DNA of 64,000 nt from Planctomycetota bacterium (GCA_045047305.1 JASFYO010000002.1:1-64000), one strand, 5' to 3'; numbered from the stretch's first letter, positions 1 to 11,068 are shown. Numbers and translations are program-made. Notes: generated from the sequence alone by a model not told the origin.

Positions 1-11
1 CGGCGTGGGAG

Positions 12-88
12 TGGCGCGCCCGGGAGGATTCGAACCCCCAACCTCCTGATCCGTAGTCAGGTGCTCTATCCAGTTGAGCTACGGGCGC
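12..88 (-). tRNA. tRNA-Arg(ACG)
   Basis: Reverse complement reads GCGCCCGTAGCTCAACTGGATAGAGC...CT-ACG-GA...GGTTCGAATCC...GGGCGCGCCA: cloverleaf with encoded CCA. Confidence 0.96.
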
Positions 89-204
89 GTTTTGGAGGGA
101 AGATTTCAACGTCTCCGAGCCCTCCCGTCAAGCTTTGAACTGGAATTCCATGGTGTCATCCAGGCCCAATCTTAAGCCATGCTCTGCTAGTCTAAGGCTT
201 GTCG

Positions 205-3200
205 ATGGAGCCCTTCGTTCACCTTCACGTTCACACGGAATACAGCCTGCTAGACGGGGCCAATCCGATTGAGAAATTGGTTCAAGCTGCGGTTGAGGAT
301 GGGCACGATTCCATTGCGATTACCGACCATGGCAACCTTTTTGGCGCCATGGAGTTTTACCAGGCGTGCAAAAAGAAGGGCGTCAAACCGATCCTTGGCT
401 GCGAAGTTTATGTCGCCGAGAAATCGATGCATCAAGGTCATAGTCGTCGCGAGAACCCTTACTCGCATTTAACGCTTTTGGCGAACGACGCAACTGGGTG
501 GAAGAACTTGATGCAGTTGAGTTCGGCCGCTTACATTGAAGGTCAACACTTTCGTCCGCGCGTGGATTTAGATTTGATCGCGGAGAAATCGGCAGGACTA
601 ACCTGTTTGTCTGGATGCATGAGCGGTCCCGTGAACAAGTTATTGCGCGTCGAAGATGAAAAAGGCGCCATCGCCATGTCCGGCCGTTTGCAGGACATGT
701 TTGGCCAAGAGAACTATTACTTGGAAGTGATGCGCAACGGCATTGCGATCCAAGACAAATTAACCGAAGGTATGGCGCGACTGAAGGGTGCGATGAACGC
801 CCCCATTATTGCCACCAACGACATCCACTACTTGCGCCATGAAGATTGCTCCGCGCAAGATGCAATGATCTGCCTGAACACTGGCGCGCGCCTCGATGAC
901 CCCGATCGCTGGCGCATGGACACGGACACTTTGTACTTCCGTAGCCGTGAAGAAATGAATCGCATCTTCTCGGACCTACCGGAAGCTTTGCGCAATACAC
1001 AAGTCGTGGCTGACAAGATCGATGTCGAGTTAGAGATTGGTCGACTACGCCTTCCAGTTTTCAAACCCGACGATGGAGGCACTCCAGAGCAGTTATTCCG
1101 TGATTTGTGCGAAAGCGGATTCGCCCACTTCTACCCTGGGAATCCAGAAGAAGCGCGACAACGCTTAGAATTCGAATACGGCGTCATCAGCGAGATGGGA
1201 TTCATCTCCTACTTCCTGATTGTGTGGGACCTGATACGTTATGCGCGGGAAGAAGGCATCGCAGTTGGCCCTGGTCGTGGATCAGCAGCCGGATCTATCA
1301 TCGCTTTCGTGCTTGGTATCACTCGGATTGATCCGCTTAAGTACGACTTACTGTTCGAACGTTTCCTCAACCCTTCGCGGATTTCAATGCCAGATATTGA
1401 TATCGATTTCTGCAAGGATCGTCGTGAGGAAATGATTCATTACACACGTGAACGCTACGGCAATGAAAACGTTTGCCAAATCATCACGTTTGGAAAGCTG
1501 AAAGCAAAGAATGCTTTGCGCGATATGGGTCGGGTGATGGATGTTCCCTTGTCGGAAGTCGACAAAATGGCGAAGAAGATTCCCGAGGGACCCGGTGTAA
1601 AACTTGCCAAAGCAATTGAAGATGACCCTGATCTCAAAGAAGCTTTCGAGAATTCGGACCTGCACAAAAAGTGGTTTGGCCTTGCATTAAAAGTCGAGGG
1701 TTTATGTCGCAACTCAGGTATTCACGCAGCAGGTGTGATCATTGCGGATGAGCCGCTGCGGGAAATTGTTCCCTTAGCCAAGGTCTCTGGTAACCTCACC
1801 ACCCAGTGGGATATGAAATACAGCGAGCAATATGGATTGCTCAAGATGGATTTCCTGGGCCTCCGCACCCTATCCATCCTTCAAGAAGCCGTTTCTCAGG
1901 TAGTACGGCTTGGAGGTGATTCGATTGAACTAGATGACCTCCCGTTGGATGATCCAGGGGTGTATGAGCTCCTTTGCAAGGGAGACACGGAGGGCGTGTT
2001 CCAGCTTGAATCCGGAGGCATGCGCAAACTTCTTGCCGACATCAAGCCATCCTGCTACGAAGACATCATCGCGGTCTTGGCCTTATTCCGCCCAGGCCCG
2101 CTGGGATCTGGCCTGCACACCACCTTTGCTCTGCGCAAGCACGGCAAGGAGGAGGTGAGTTATCAACACCCTATTCTCGAGCCCATCCTAAGCGAAACTT
2201 ATGGAGTGCTAATCTACCAGGAGCAAATTATGCGTGTGGCGCAACGCATGGGAGGCTTCACCCTTGCCGACGCAGACTCCCTGCGCAAAGCGATGGGCAA
2301 AAAGAGCCTGGAGCTCATGGAGCAATTTGAGGGCAAGTTCCTCAGCGGTGCTAGCGAACAAGATGTTCCGGATGCTGTTGCGATTGAAATCTGGGAAATG
2401 ATGAAGAAATTCGCAGAGTATGGCTTCAACAAGTCACATTCCGCAGCCTATGCCATGGTGACTTACCAGGCGGCCTACATGAAGGCACATCATCCGGCCG
2501 AGTTTTACGCCGCTTCCTTCACCTATGAGGCATCCGACACCGACAAGCTGCGATCCCTTATTGAAGACGCGCGTAAACATGCAGTACGATTGGAACCTCC
2601 CTGTATCAACACCTCAAGCCGGCGCTTCCAAGTAATTGACGGCGAGAAAATCCTATTTGGCCTGGAAGCCATTAAGGGTGTGGGCGGTGGAGCCGCTGAC
2701 ACTTTGGTGGAACTACGCGAAACCCAAGAAAACAAGGTTTTCGAAACCCTAGACGATGTTTTCATTGAGGGTGTAAGCGCTAGCATCAACAAGGGAACTT
2801 TTGAAAACCTGGCCAAAGCTGGTGCCTTTGACTGTTTTGGCGAGTCCCGAGTGCACATCATTCCACAGTTGGAAGATCGTCTGCGCTATGCCTCAAGCCT
2901 GGCAAAAGATCGAGCCAAAGGACAGGGGATGTTGTTTGGAGCCCCAGAACCAGAACCAGCTGCCATTTCTAACCAGGACAATGCTGATGGCAAACTCAAA
3001 ACGGCGTCTGAACTATCTCCACCAGAATTAAAGCTGCTTCTGCAACACGAGAAGGAAACCCTTGGCCTTTACCTAACGGCGCATCCATTGGATGACTTCC
3101 GTCACTTGCTCGGAGGGATCAGCCCTTGGACGAGTCGGTCCGCGAAGGAGGCTGGCGAAGATGCCAAGCTTGCACTTCCAGGAATTGCCACCATGCTTGT

Positions 3201-3708
3201 CGTGCGCGGCACTCGTAAGGACCCGGCAAAGAAATTTGCCAAAATGAAGATTGAAGATCTTTACGGTTCTACTCCTGCCGTGGTATTCCCCCGAGTTTGG
3301 GAAGAAGTTGCAAGTTTCTTGGAGGAAGATTTCGTCGGTTTGTTCCATGGCCGGATTCAAATATCCAATGATGAGCCAGAAATGATTGTGGATCGCATTG
3401 AACCCTTAGGAAGCAAGGAGGACATGCGATTGAAGGGTGTACTTGAGATTCGTCTGCCCGCTGGAAACCAACCAATCGAAGAAATACAAAAACTTCTACG
3501 CGCCAATACTGGAGAAGCAAGAGTACGGTTTGTAGTCCAGGACCATCGGAACCAATCTAGATACATCCGTGCTGGTGGCGAATGGTCAGTAAAACTGGAC
3601 TCTCAGTTGATTGATGAACTCAACTTGCTTCTCGGAACCAATTGCGCGCGCGCTGTGATGGAACGTGGAACGGTGGAGAGAGAACGGAAACCTGCTTGGA
3701 GCCGCTAA
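205..3708 (+). CDS. dnaE: DNA polymerase III alpha subunit
   Basis: PHP domain (FVHLHVHTEYSLLDG, TNDIHY), GPGRGSAAGS, catalytic PDIDIDF, YGFNKSHSAAY, C-terminal OB fold; start ATG 205 or TTG 199. Confidence 0.97.
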   Translation: MEPFVHLHVHTEYSLLDGANPIEKLVQAAVEDGHDSIAITDHGNLFGAMEFYQACKKKGVKPILGCEVYVAEKSMHQGHSRRENPYSHLTLLANDATGWKNLMQLSSAAYIEGQHFRPRVDLDLIAEKSAGLTCLSGCMSGPVNKLLRVEDEKGAIAMSGRLQDMFGQENYYLEVMRNGIAIQDKLTEGMARLKGAMNAPIIATNDIHYLRHEDCSAQDAMICLNTGARLDDPDRWRMDTDTLYFRSREEMNRIFSDLPEALRNTQVVADKIDVELEIGRLRLPVFKPDDGGTPEQLFRDLCESGFAHFYPGNPEEARQRLEFEYGVISEMGFISYFLIVWDLIRYAREEGIAVGPGRGSAAGSIIAFVLGITRIDPLKYDLLFERFLNPSRISMPDIDIDFCKDRREEMIHYTRERYGNENVCQIITFGKLKAKNALRDMGRVMDVPLSEVDKMAKKIPEGPGVKLAKAIEDDPDLKEAFENSDLHKKWFGLALKVEGLCRNSGIHAAGVIIADEPLREIVPLAKVSGNLTTQWDMKYSEQYGLLKMDFLGLRTLSILQEAVSQVVRLGGDSIELDDLPLDDPGVYELLCKGDTEGVFQLESGGMRKLLADIKPSCYEDIIAVLALFRPGPLGSGLHTTFALRKHGKEEVSYQHPILEPILSETYGVLIYQEQIMRVAQRMGGFTLADADSLRKAMGKKSLELMEQFEGKFLSGASEQDVPDAVAIEIWEMMKKFAEYGFNKSHSAAYAMVTYQAAYMKAHHPAEFYAASFTYEASDTDKLRSLIEDARKHAVRLEPPCINTSSRRFQVIDGEKILFGLEAIKGVGGGAADTLVELRETQENKVFETLDDVFIEGVSASINKGTFENLAKAGAFDCFGESRVHIIPQLEDRLRYASSLAKDRAKGQGMLFGAPEPEPAAISNQDNADGKLKTASELSPPELKLLLQHEKETLGLYLTAHPLDDFRHLLGGISPWTSRSAKEAGEDAKLALPGIATMLVVRGTRKDPAKKFAKMKIEDLYGSTPAVVFPRVWEEVASFLEEDFVGLFHGRIQISNDEPEMIVDRIEPLGSKEDMRLKGVLEIRLPAGNQPIEEIQKLLRANTGEARVRFVVQDHRNQSRYIRAGGEWSVKLDSQLIDELNLLLGTNCARAVMERGTVERERKPAWSR

Positions 3709-3750
3709 CAGTCCCCCGGCACCACCTTGCTCCCCGAGCGTAACTAAAAC

Positions 3751-3786
3751 AAAAAAACGGCTGGCAGGATGATTCCTGCCAGCCGT
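3751..3786 (-). terminator. Intrinsic terminator after rplQ (between convergent dnaE and rplQ)
   Basis: 13-bp stem acggctggcagga/tcctgccagccgt, 4-nt loop, T7 tract on the minus strand. Confidence 0.85.
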
Positions 3787-3806
3787 GGTGCGTTCCGCAG
3801 AACGAA

Positions 3807-4199
3807 CTACTCAGCGACGACGTCTGCCTCTTCTTCCGAGCGCTCAACGAGCTCCCAAATGACGACAGGTGCATTATCACCCAAACGTGGTTTAGCCAGT
3901 TTCAGGATACGGGTGTAACCACCTGGACGATCCTTGAAACGAGGGCCAATGACGTCAAACAGCTTAGTCGTTGTTTTACGATCATTACCAAGAATGGCAA
4001 GTGCACGACGGTAATTATGCAGGTTCTTGACCTTAGCCAAGGTAATCAACTTCTCCACGAATGGACGATGCACTTTTGCCTTAGTAACGGTGGTCTCAAT
4101 GCGCTCATGCTCGATGAGTGCTTGGGTCAGGTTACGGGCGAGGGCGCGCCGGTGGGAACCGGTACGGGAAAGGTTGTTGGTCTTTACGCGGTGACGCAT
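3807..4199 (-). CDS. rplQ: 50S ribosomal protein L17
   Basis: MRHR..LSRTGSHRRAL, RPGGYTRILKL; follows rpoA. Confidence 0.97.
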   Translation of the reverse strand: MRHRVKTNNLSRTGSHRRALARNLTQALIEHERIETTVTKAKVHRPFVEKLITLAKVKNLHNYRRALAILGNDRKTTTKLFDVIGPRFKDRPGGYTRILKLAKPRLGDNAPVVIWELVERSEEEADVVAE

Positions 4200-4209
4200 T
4201 GCAGGTCTC

Positions 4210-5226
4210 CTAGTTGGCGGAGCCGAGAAGGGCTTCGCGGTCCATGCCTATGGAGAGGTCGAGGTCGCTCAGTTTGCGATCGATCTCGGTGAGAACAGTT
4301 TGGCCAAGGTTCTTGATTGCCAATAGCTCATCTGGAGCTTTGAACACCAAGTCCTCGAGGGTGCGGACTTCTGCCACATCCAGGCAATTGCGTGCCCGGG
4401 TGGAAAGGTCCAAGCGCTCAATCGGCTCACTCAAGAGACCAATCACGCGCTCACGACGACGCTCAGCAGCAGCATCGACGGCCTGGACCTCATCCACAAC
4501 CGAGACACCATGTACAGCGTTGTTGAACTGAACGAATGGGTTCAGGTGCTTACGATAAATCTTGGCAGCCTCGACCAAAGCCATGTCTGGCTTGACGGTG
4601 CCATCGGTCCAGATTTCTAGGACCAAGCGATCGTAGTTTGTGAACTTACCCACACGGGTTGCTTCGACGCCATAGCGCACACGCAAAACCGGGCTGTAAG
4701 CTGCATCCAATGGGATGAGGCCGATTTCGTCCATGGCCTCTCCGGTTTCATCTGCAGCAACATAACCACGGCCACGGCGAACCGTGAGCTTGGCAGAAAC
4801 AGCTGCGTTCGAACCACTGAGAGTACAAATTTGAAGGTCTTGATTGACAATCTCAACACCTGCCGGACAGACGATGTCGGCAGCAGTCACGATTCCCTCT
4901 TCCGACCTATCCAAAGTGAGAGTCACAGGAAGTTCGCTCACTTCGACTTGGACACTCAGGCGCTTAAACGCCAGGACCAATTCGGTGACATCTTCCACCA
5001 CACCTTCAATGGTGCGGAACTCGTGCTCGACGCCTTCGATTTCCACTGCAGTGACTGCAGTGCCTTCGATGGATCCAAGCAACACACGACGGAGACCATT
5101 TCCAATGGAATGGCCGAAGCCCTGTTCAAAGGGCTCGATGATGAACTTACCGTAGGTGTCAGAAGCAGAAGACTGCTCTTGGACAACACCGGATGGTAGT
5201 TCGAAGTCACGCCAGCGGATGCGCAT
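4210..5226 (-). CDS. rpoA: RNA polymerase alpha subunit
   Basis: EPFEQGFGHSIGNGLRRVLL, YDRLVLEIWTDG, alpha-CTD LDLSTRARNCL. Confidence 0.97.
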   Translation of the reverse strand: MRIRWRDFELPSGVVQEQSSASDTYGKFIIEPFEQGFGHSIGNGLRRVLLGSIEGTAVTAVEIEGVEHEFRTIEGVVEDVTELVLAFKRLSVQVEVSELPVTLTLDRSEEGIVTAADIVCPAGVEIVNQDLQICTLSGSNAAVSAKLTVRRGRGYVAADETGEAMDEIGLIPLDAAYSPVLRVRYGVEATRVGKFTNYDRLVLEIWTDGTVKPDMALVEAAKIYRKHLNPFVQFNNAVHGVSVVDEVQAVDAAAERRRERVIGLLSEPIERLDLSTRARNCLDVAEVRTLEDLVFKAPDELLAIKNLGQTVLTEIDRKLSDLDLSIGMDREALLGSAN

Positions 5227-5270
5227 GTTAATTCGTTACTGGGTTTTAAGGCCTAAGGCAAAGATGGGAA

Positions 5271-5657
5271 TCAGACGCGACGCTTTTTGGGCGGGCGGCA
5301 ACCGTTGTGTGGCAACGGAGTGAAATCCTCAATGGACGTGACCCGAAGGCCACCATGGTTCAGACCCCGTATCGCGCTTTCGCGACCGGAACCTGGGCCT
5401 TTCACGCGGACCTCAACCTCACGCAAACCCATCTTCGATGCGGTTTCTGCTGCGCGGATTGCGGCCTGTTGAGCGGCGAAAGGAGTCGACTTGCGCGAGC
5501 CTTTATAGCCCACGCCACCTGGTGATCCCCAAGCAATGGTATTGCCTTTAGGATCAGTCAAAGTGATGATCGTATTGTTGAAGGTGGAACGCACGAAAGC
5601 GATGCCTCGGGCACCGCATTTCTTTAGTTTGCGTTTGCTGCTGCGTGCTGCACTCAT
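5271..5657 (-). CDS. rpsK: 30S ribosomal protein S11
   Basis: [31 protein letters not shown]. Confidence 0.97.
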   Translation of the reverse strand: MSAARSSKRKLKKCGARGIAFVRSTFNNTIITLTDPKGNTIAWGSPGGVGYKGSRKSTPFAAQQAAIRAAETASKMGLREVEVRVKGPGSGRESAIRGLNHGGLRVTSIEDFTPLPHNGCRPPKKRRV

Positions 5658-5705
5658 CGTTCTGTTTCTCTTAAGCTGTGGCTGTTAAGGGGATGCAAGC
5701 TAGGC

Positions 5706-6089
5706 TTACTTCATCGACTTCACCGACTTCTTGCCGGCAACAGTCTTCTTTGGCCCTTTACGACTACGGGCATTAGTACGCGTACGTTGACCGCGGACCG
5801 GAAGGCCACGGCGGTGACGTAGCCCGCGATAGCAGGCAATATCACGCAGGCGGTTAATCGCCTGAGTGTTAGTTCGACGAAGCAGGCCTTCGACGACACA
5901 GTTGTTTTCCATGTAAACCGCGATACTGGAGAGCTCGTCATCAGACAGCTCTTTCGCGCGGCGGTTTGGATCCAAGTTCAGATCTTCACAGATCTTCGCA
6001 GCAGTGGTGTTGCCTACTCCAAAGAGGTAGGTCAACGCAATCACAGTGCGCTTGTCGTTAGGAATGTCTACACCAATGAGGCGGGGCAT
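5706..6089 (-). CDS. rpsM: 30S ribosomal protein S13
   Basis: YRGLRHRRGLPVRGQRTRTNARSRKG. Confidence 0.97.
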   Translation of the reverse strand: MPRLIGVDIPNDKRTVIALTYLFGVGNTTAAKICEDLNLDPNRRAKELSDDELSSIAVYMENNCVVEGLLRRTNTQAINRLRDIACYRGLRHRRGLPVRGQRTRTNARSRKGPKKTVAGKKSVKSMK

Positions 6090-6126
6090 GTTATTCGCTT
6101 AGGAATGGGACGGGATGGGACCGGAA

Positions 6127-6243
6127 TTAACCTTGAACCTGCTTGTGGCGAGGGTCACGGCTACAAATGACGCGGACCTTGCCATGGCGACGGATCACCT
6201 TGCAGGAACCGCAAATGCGGCGGACGGATGCGCGGACTTTCAT
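6127..6243 (-). CDS. rpmJ: 50S ribosomal protein L36 (38 aa, not in ORF track)
   Basis: Manual translation [38 protein letters not shown]; lies between infA and rpsM. Confidence 0.96.
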   Translation of the reverse strand: MKVRASVRRICGSCKVIRRHGKVRVICSRDPRHKQVQG

Positions 6244-6272
6244 CTTTCTAGATTCGTATTTAGTTGGACCAC

Positions 6273-6521
6273 CTATCGACGGCCACGGCCGTAGCGCCGA
6301 CGACGTTCACCCCGATACACAATGCGGCAGCGGGTTAGATCGTAAGGCGACAATTCGATGGTTACGGTGTCTCCGGGAGTGATGCGAATGTAGTGCATGC
6401 GCATTTTTCCGGAAATGTGTGCGAGAATCTGCTGACCATTCTCGAGTTCTACATTGAAGGTCGCGCCAGGAAGGGTTTCCTTAACGACGGCGGTCAATGT
6501 AATGGGCTCTTCTTTAGCCAT
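6273..6521 (-). CDS. infA: Translation initiation factor IF-1
   Basis: [26 protein letters not shown]. Confidence 0.96.
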   Translation of the reverse strand: MAKEEPITLTAVVKETLPGATFNVELENGQQILAHISGKMRMHYIRITPGDTVTIELSPYDLTRCRIVYRGERRRRYGRGRR

Positions 6522-6526
6522 GCAGA

Positions 6527-7096
6527 TTAGGCTAGGTTGGTTTTTCCGAGCGCTTCCTGCACAGTGTTGAGGAAATCCTGCTGGATATCTTCGACTGGGC
6601 GATCTGCGTTGATTTCAGAAAGGAGTCCCCGCTCGCTATAAAAAGCGACCAAGGGTTCGGTGGTTTCTCGGTAAACCGAGAGACGATGTTGGATGACGTT
6701 TTGAGTGTCATCCTTCCTTCCACGCCCCAGCAAACGAGCTGTCAGGACGGTGTCGGAAGCCGTGAAGTATAGCGCAAGCCCAATAGAACCGCTAGGAGAA
6801 GCAGCATCTAAAGCCTTTGCCTGGACCAAAGTCCGAGGAAAACCATCAAGCAGGAGGACATCCTCCGGACTGAGGGCGTCAATTCGGGCTGCAACCATGC
6901 CAACCATGACTTCGTCAGGAACTAAATCCCCACGACTCATAAAGGCATTGGCTTGTTGGCCCGATTCTGAGCCGGCAGCAACCTCTTCACGAAGAAGATC
7001 ACCCGTTGACAGGTGAATCCACCCATGCGCTTTAGCAGCAAGCTGTGCTTGTGTACCTTTCCCTACTCCAGGGGCGCCAAGAAGAATGGTAATCAT
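6527..7096 (-). CDS. adk: Adenylate kinase (short LID)
   Basis: [28 protein letters not shown]. Confidence 0.95.
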   Translation of the reverse strand: MITILLGAPGVGKGTQAQLAAKAHGWIHLSTGDLLREEVAAGSESGQQANAFMSRGDLVPDEVMVGMVAARIDALSPEDVLLLDGFPRTLVQAKALDAASPSGSIGLALYFTASDTVLTARLLGRGRKDDTQNVIQHRLSVYRETTEPLVAFYSERGLLSEINADRPVEDIQQDFLNTVQEALGKTNLA

Positions 7097-7098
7097 GA

Positions 7099-8427
7099 TT
7101 ACTTACGGGTCCAGGCTGCTTTACTGCCGCCCTTCCCCTTCTTGCCCTTAGAGCTACCCTTCATGAAGCCTTCATAGTTGCGCATCACAAGTTGGGCGTT
7201 GAGGCGGTCCACCATGTCGAGGGCTACGCCCACCACAATGAGGATGGAAGTTCCACCAAGGAAGTATGCAATCATCGGGTTCACGTGGAGATTGCCAATC
7301 AAAATGTTAGGCATGACCGCAATCACTGCGAGGAACACCGAGCCCGCAAGCGTAATCCGATCCAGCACAAAGCTGAGGTATTCGGAAGTAGCTTTTCCAG
7401 GGCGGATACCAGGAATGAAAGAACCATGGTCTTTCAAGTTACTGGCAATGTCATCTGGCTGAAACATCAGCCTCGTCCACATAAACGAGAAGCCGATGAT
7501 CATGGCTGTGTAGAGAGCAATGTAGGTAAAGCCCGCAGTATCCATGAGGTGTCGCATCCAACTGAATCCCGGCATGGAGCCGAGTACGTTTGGAACGATG
7601 AAAAGTGCCGAGGCAAAGATGATTGGCATGACTCCTGCCTGGTTGACCTTAATCGGCAAGTAATGCCGTTGTCCCCCCATGACCTTGCGGCCGCGGGTCA
7701 ACTTTGCTTGTTGAATCGGAATACGTCGTTGGCCTCGTGTCAGGTAAACGACCACAATCACAATCACTACCCACATCACAGCCAAGGTAACCCCCAACTG
7801 GTGGGCATCGTCACGCAAGGCAAAGGCTTTCTGAACAGTACTCGGTAACCTCGCGATAATTCCCGACATAATAATGAGGGAAACTCCGTTGCCGAGGCCA
7901 TATTCGGTGATTTGCTCACCGATCCACATGATGAACATCGTGCCTGCAGTAAGAGCGAGCATGATGGCAACCGTGTAGAAGAACGACCCCCCATCTGGCA
8001 TTAAGCCGTAGGCTGGGTTGTAGACCACACCGTAAACCACAAATAACCCCTGCAACAGGCAGATTGGGATTGTAGCTATTCTTGTGAGCTGGTTGATTTT
8101 CTTCTGACCAGCAGCCCCTTCTTTCGACAGCGCTTCTAAGGAAGGCACCACCTTGGTGAGGAGACTAAAGATAATGGATGCCGAAATGTAAGGCATCACA
8201 CCCAGCGAGAACAGGACCGCTTGGCCCATGCCCGCACCAGTGAACGCATTCATAATGCCGAACAAAGCATTCGAATCCGCTTTACTCGCTGCCGATGCAA
8301 CTGCCGACAAATCGATACCAGGCAATGGGATATGAAAGCCCAAGCGGTAAACGAAAAGCAACATGAACGTCGTGGAGATTTTCGCACGAAGTTCTGGAAC
8401 CCGCAGAATGGTCAGAAATTTGTCCAT
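7099..8427 (-). CDS. secY: Preprotein translocase SecY
   Basis: SLGVMPYISASII, GNGVSLII, AGVMPIIFAS, FIPGIRPG, GGTSILIVVGV. Confidence 0.97.
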   Translation of the reverse strand: MDKFLTILRVPELRAKISTTFMLLFVYRLGFHIPLPGIDLSAVASAASKADSNALFGIMNAFTGAGMGQAVLFSLGVMPYISASIIFSLLTKVVPSLEALSKEGAAGQKKINQLTRIATIPICLLQGLFVVYGVVYNPAYGLMPDGGSFFYTVAIMLALTAGTMFIMWIGEQITEYGLGNGVSLIIMSGIIARLPSTVQKAFALRDDAHQLGVTLAVMWVVIVIVVVYLTRGQRRIPIQQAKLTRGRKVMGGQRHYLPIKVNQAGVMPIIFASALFIVPNVLGSMPGFSWMRHLMDTAGFTYIALYTAMIIGFSFMWTRLMFQPDDIASNLKDHGSFIPGIRPGKATSEYLSFVLDRITLAGSVFLAVIAVMPNILIGNLHVNPMIAYFLGGTSILIVVGVALDMVDRLNAQLVMRNYEGFMKGSSKGKKGKGGSKAAWTRK

Positions 8428-8433
8428 CGGTGA

Positions 8434-8880
8434 TTAATCGACTAGCTCGACGGATCCGCCGGCAGCCTCAATCTTGGTCTTTGCAGTACCCGAGAATTTG
8501 TGAGCCTTAACGGTCACTTTATGACTGATCTCACCTTGGCCCAAAACCTTCAACATGTCGCCGGTTTTACGGGCAAGACCACGCTCAAGGACAGACTTAA
8601 GATCCACCACCTCGCCATCTTCGAAAGCCGAAAGGGCTTCGACATTGACCAAAGTGAAGTGCTTCTTAAAGCGGGCGTTAGTAAAACCGCGTTTGGGCAT
8701 ACGGCGGAAGATAGGCATTTGCCCACCTTCGAAACCAATCCGCGGGTGGTCACCAGAACGGCTACGTTGGCCGTTATGGCCGCGACCAGCAGTCTTGCCT
8801 TTGCCGGAGCCGACACCACGGCCGACTCGCTTGCGCTTTTCGTGGTTATGACCACGAGCTGTGACATCATGGATTTGCAT
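8434..8880 (-). CDS. rplO: 50S ribosomal protein L15
   Basis: RVGRGVGSGKGKTAGRGHNGQ, GFEGGQMP..RRMPKRGF. Confidence 0.97.
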   Translation of the reverse strand: MQIHDVTARGHNHEKRKRVGRGVGSGKGKTAGRGHNGQRSRSGDHPRIGFEGGQMPIFRRMPKRGFTNARFKKHFTLVNVEALSAFEDGEVVDLKSVLERGLARKTGDMLKVLGQGEISHKVTVKAHKFSGTAKTKIEAAGGSVELVD

Positions 8881-9392
8881 TAGAGTTCGACTCCACGCAG
8901 TTCTGCGATTTCTTCCTTAGTGCGAAGCGCACCTAGGGCGACAATGGTCGCTTTAACGAGGTTGATCGAGTTAGTCGATCCGTAACATTTGGTGAGCACA
9001 TCGCGCACACCAGCAAGTTCCAACACTGCGCGCACCGTACTGCCAGCAATAATGCCGGTACCAGGTGAGGCAGGGATAATACGCACTTTCGAAGAACAGT
9101 AAATGCCTTCAATCTCGTGCGGGATGGTGGTACCGACCCGAGGGACGCGTACCAAATGCTTTCGCCCATCCTTAAAGGCCTTCTGCATGGCTGCTGGAAT
9201 CTCCTTCGCCTTGCCGAAACCAAAACCGACGATGCCGTCTTGGTTGCCGACTACAGTCAAAGCAGAGAAAGCAAAGCGACGACCACCTTTGACCACTTTG
9301 GCCGAACGGTTGACTGTAATACGCTCTTCTTTTAGTTCACCAAGCTTCTCAGCATCGGTGCGGTCGATGAATTCAGGTAGTTTGTTGTACAT
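8880..9392 (-). CDS. rpsE: 30S ribosomal protein S5
   Basis: KVVKGGRRFAFSAL, PASPGTGIIAG. Confidence 0.97.
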   Translation of the reverse strand: MYNKLPEFIDRTDAEKLGELKEERITVNRSAKVVKGGRRFAFSALTVVGNQDGIVGFGFGKAKEIPAAMQKAFKDGRKHLVRVPRVGTTIPHEIEGIYCSSKVRIIPASPGTGIIAGSTVRAVLELAGVRDVLTKCYGSTNSINLVKATIVALGALRTKEEIAELRGVEL

Positions 9393-9404
9393 GGCTTCTT
9401 TCGA

Positions 9405-9779
9405 CTAGAACTTAAGTCCGCCTTCGCGGGCAGATTCGGCAAGGGCCTTCACGCGGCCGTGGTAGAGGTACCAGCCACGATCGAACATGACTTCTTCAAC
9501 ACCGGCGGCTAATGCGCGTTCGGCTACTTTGGCACCCACGATTTGAGCACAAGTGGTTTTATCCTTGCCTTCACACTCGGTGCGCACTTCTTTGTCCAAG
9601 GTACTGGCACTCGCAAGAGTGACGCCAGCCATGTCATCGATGAGCTGAACACTAATGTGCTTAGAGCTGCGGAAGATAGACAACCGCGGACGATCGGAAG
9701 ATATGCGCAAACGACGGCGCACACCCATCGTCTTGCGATGGCGTTTCTTCCACTTCTTCTTTTGCTGGAGATGGTCCAT
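9405..9779 (-). CDS. rplR: 50S ribosomal protein L18
   Basis: [33 protein letters not shown]. Confidence 0.97.
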   Translation of the reverse strand: MDHLQQKKKWKKRHRKTMGVRRRLRISSDRPRLSIFRSSKHISVQLIDDMAGVTLASASTLDKEVRTECEGKDKTTCAQIVGAKVAERALAAGVEEVMFDRGWYLYHGRVKALAESAREGGLKF

Positions 9780-9781
9780 GA

Positions 9782-10324
9782 TTATGTCAGGGATTTACCT
9801 GCCTTGCGACGAACGACCTCGTCGGTGTAACGGATGCCTTTACCTTTGTAAGGTTCAGGCGGACGAACGCGGCGAATGTTGGCAGCGAACTGGCCAACCG
9901 CTTGCTTATCAATACCGGACACCAAAAGGGTGGTCGGATTGGTACATACAACAGTGACACCCTCCGGAGGAGTGCAAATCACCGTGTGACAGAAACCAAT
10001 TTGCATTTCGATTCCTTGACCGTTTGGCTTTGCATTCCAACCGGTACCATGTATCTCAAGTCCCTTGGAATATCCTTGCGTCACTCCAACCACCATGTTG
10101 GCGATATGAGCACGAACAAGACCGTGCAGTGCACCTGCATTCTTGGAAGAACCGGCGCCGGTCTGGCTGACTTTGACGGAATCCCCCTCCACGGCAACAG
10201 AAATCTCAGGGAACAATGGGAACGTGAGTTCACCTTTTGATCCTTTGACCTCAACCGAGTTGGCACTTGCGGTGACAGTGACTCCCGTTGGGAGTTTGAC
10301 TTCTTTGTTTCCGATGCGCGACAT
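9782..10324 (-). CDS. rplF: 50S ribosomal protein L6
   Basis: [18 protein letters not shown]. Confidence 0.97.
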   Translation of the reverse strand: MSRIGNKEVKLPTGVTVTASANSVEVKGSKGELTFPLFPEISVAVEGDSVKVSQTGAGSSKNAGALHGLVRAHIANMVVGVTQGYSKGLEIHGTGWNAKPNGQGIEMQIGFCHTVICTPPEGVTVVCTNPTTLLVSGIDKQAVGQFAANIRRVRPPEPYKGKGIRYTDEVVRRKAGKSLT

Positions 10325-10326
10325 GA

Positions 10327-10728
10327 CTAGAAAATCGTGCAGAGGATTTCACCACCAACGCCCATTTCTTTGGCCTTCCGACCACTCATGACGCCTTTTG
10401 AGGTAGTGATAATAGTAACGCCGAGTCCACGACGAACCAGCGGAACCAATTCGGTGCTGCGGTAAACGCGGCAACCCGGCTTGGAAATGCGTTCAATCTC
10501 TTGGACTGCAGGCTTGCCGTCGCGATCGTACTTAAGATGGAGACGCAAGGTGTTGCGTGGACCTCCATCCTCGAGGATCTCAACGTCGTTGAGGTAACCC
10601 TCTTCCTTCATGGTCAACGCGATTGCGCTTTTCATTTTGGAAGTTGGCATGTCTACCGACTTACGACGCACCGAGAATCCGTTACGGATTCGGGTGAGCA
10701 TGTCGGCAATGGGATCTGTCATTGTCAT
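10327..10728 (-). CDS. rpsH: 30S ribosomal protein S8
   Basis: DPIADMLTRIRN, ISKPG.RVY, GGEILC. Confidence 0.97.
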   Translation of the reverse strand: MTMTDPIADMLTRIRNGFSVRRKSVDMPTSKMKSAIALTMKEEGYLNDVEILEDGGPRNTLRLHLKYDRDGKPAVQEIERISKPGCRVYRSTELVPLVRRGLGVTIITTSKGVMSGRKAKEMGVGGEILCTIF

Positions 10729-10761
10729 GATGAAAACTCCTTTTTAGGAGGCAGTTTCCCC

Positions 10762-11067
10762 CTACCAGGAGGACTTACGGACACCGGGAAGAAATCCTTC
10801 GTGCGCTAGGCGACGAAGAACGAGGCGGGAAATTCCAAAGCGGCGAGAATAGCCCTTCGGACGTCCGGTGATATTGCACCGGTTATGTAAGCGCGTAGCA
10901 CTTGCATCACGCGGCATACGTTGGATTGCTTTGTAAGCCTCGTTCTTTTCTTCGAGACTTGCGTTGGGATCCTTGATTACCTTGACAAAAGCTGCGCGAC
11001 GCTCGGCATGAACAGCAACGAGACGCTGACGCTTCTTCTCACGGTGGATGACACTAGTTTTAGCCAT
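10762..11067 (-). CDS. rpsN: 30S ribosomal protein S14 (101-aa long type)
   Basis: MAKTS start at 11067, just after the rplE stop; RLHNRCNITGRP, LPGVRKSSW. Confidence 0.95.
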   Translation of the reverse strand: MAKTSVIHREKKRQRLVAVHAERRAAFVKVIKDPNASLEEKNEAYKAIQRMPRDASATRLHNRCNITGRPKGYSRRFGISRLVLRRLAHEGFLPGVRKSSW

Positions 11068-11068
11068 G

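Noticed and set aside
103..131. Promoter for tRNA-Arg (TTGACG)
   Set aside because: Good -35 but no convincing -10 at 16-18 bp
1..204. tRNA-Arg as an integration site
   Set aside because: No integrase or duplicated tRNA 3' end in the window; the flank beyond base 1 is not visible
205..3708. Intein in dnaE
   Set aside because: Normal length and colinear motifs; no intein signatures
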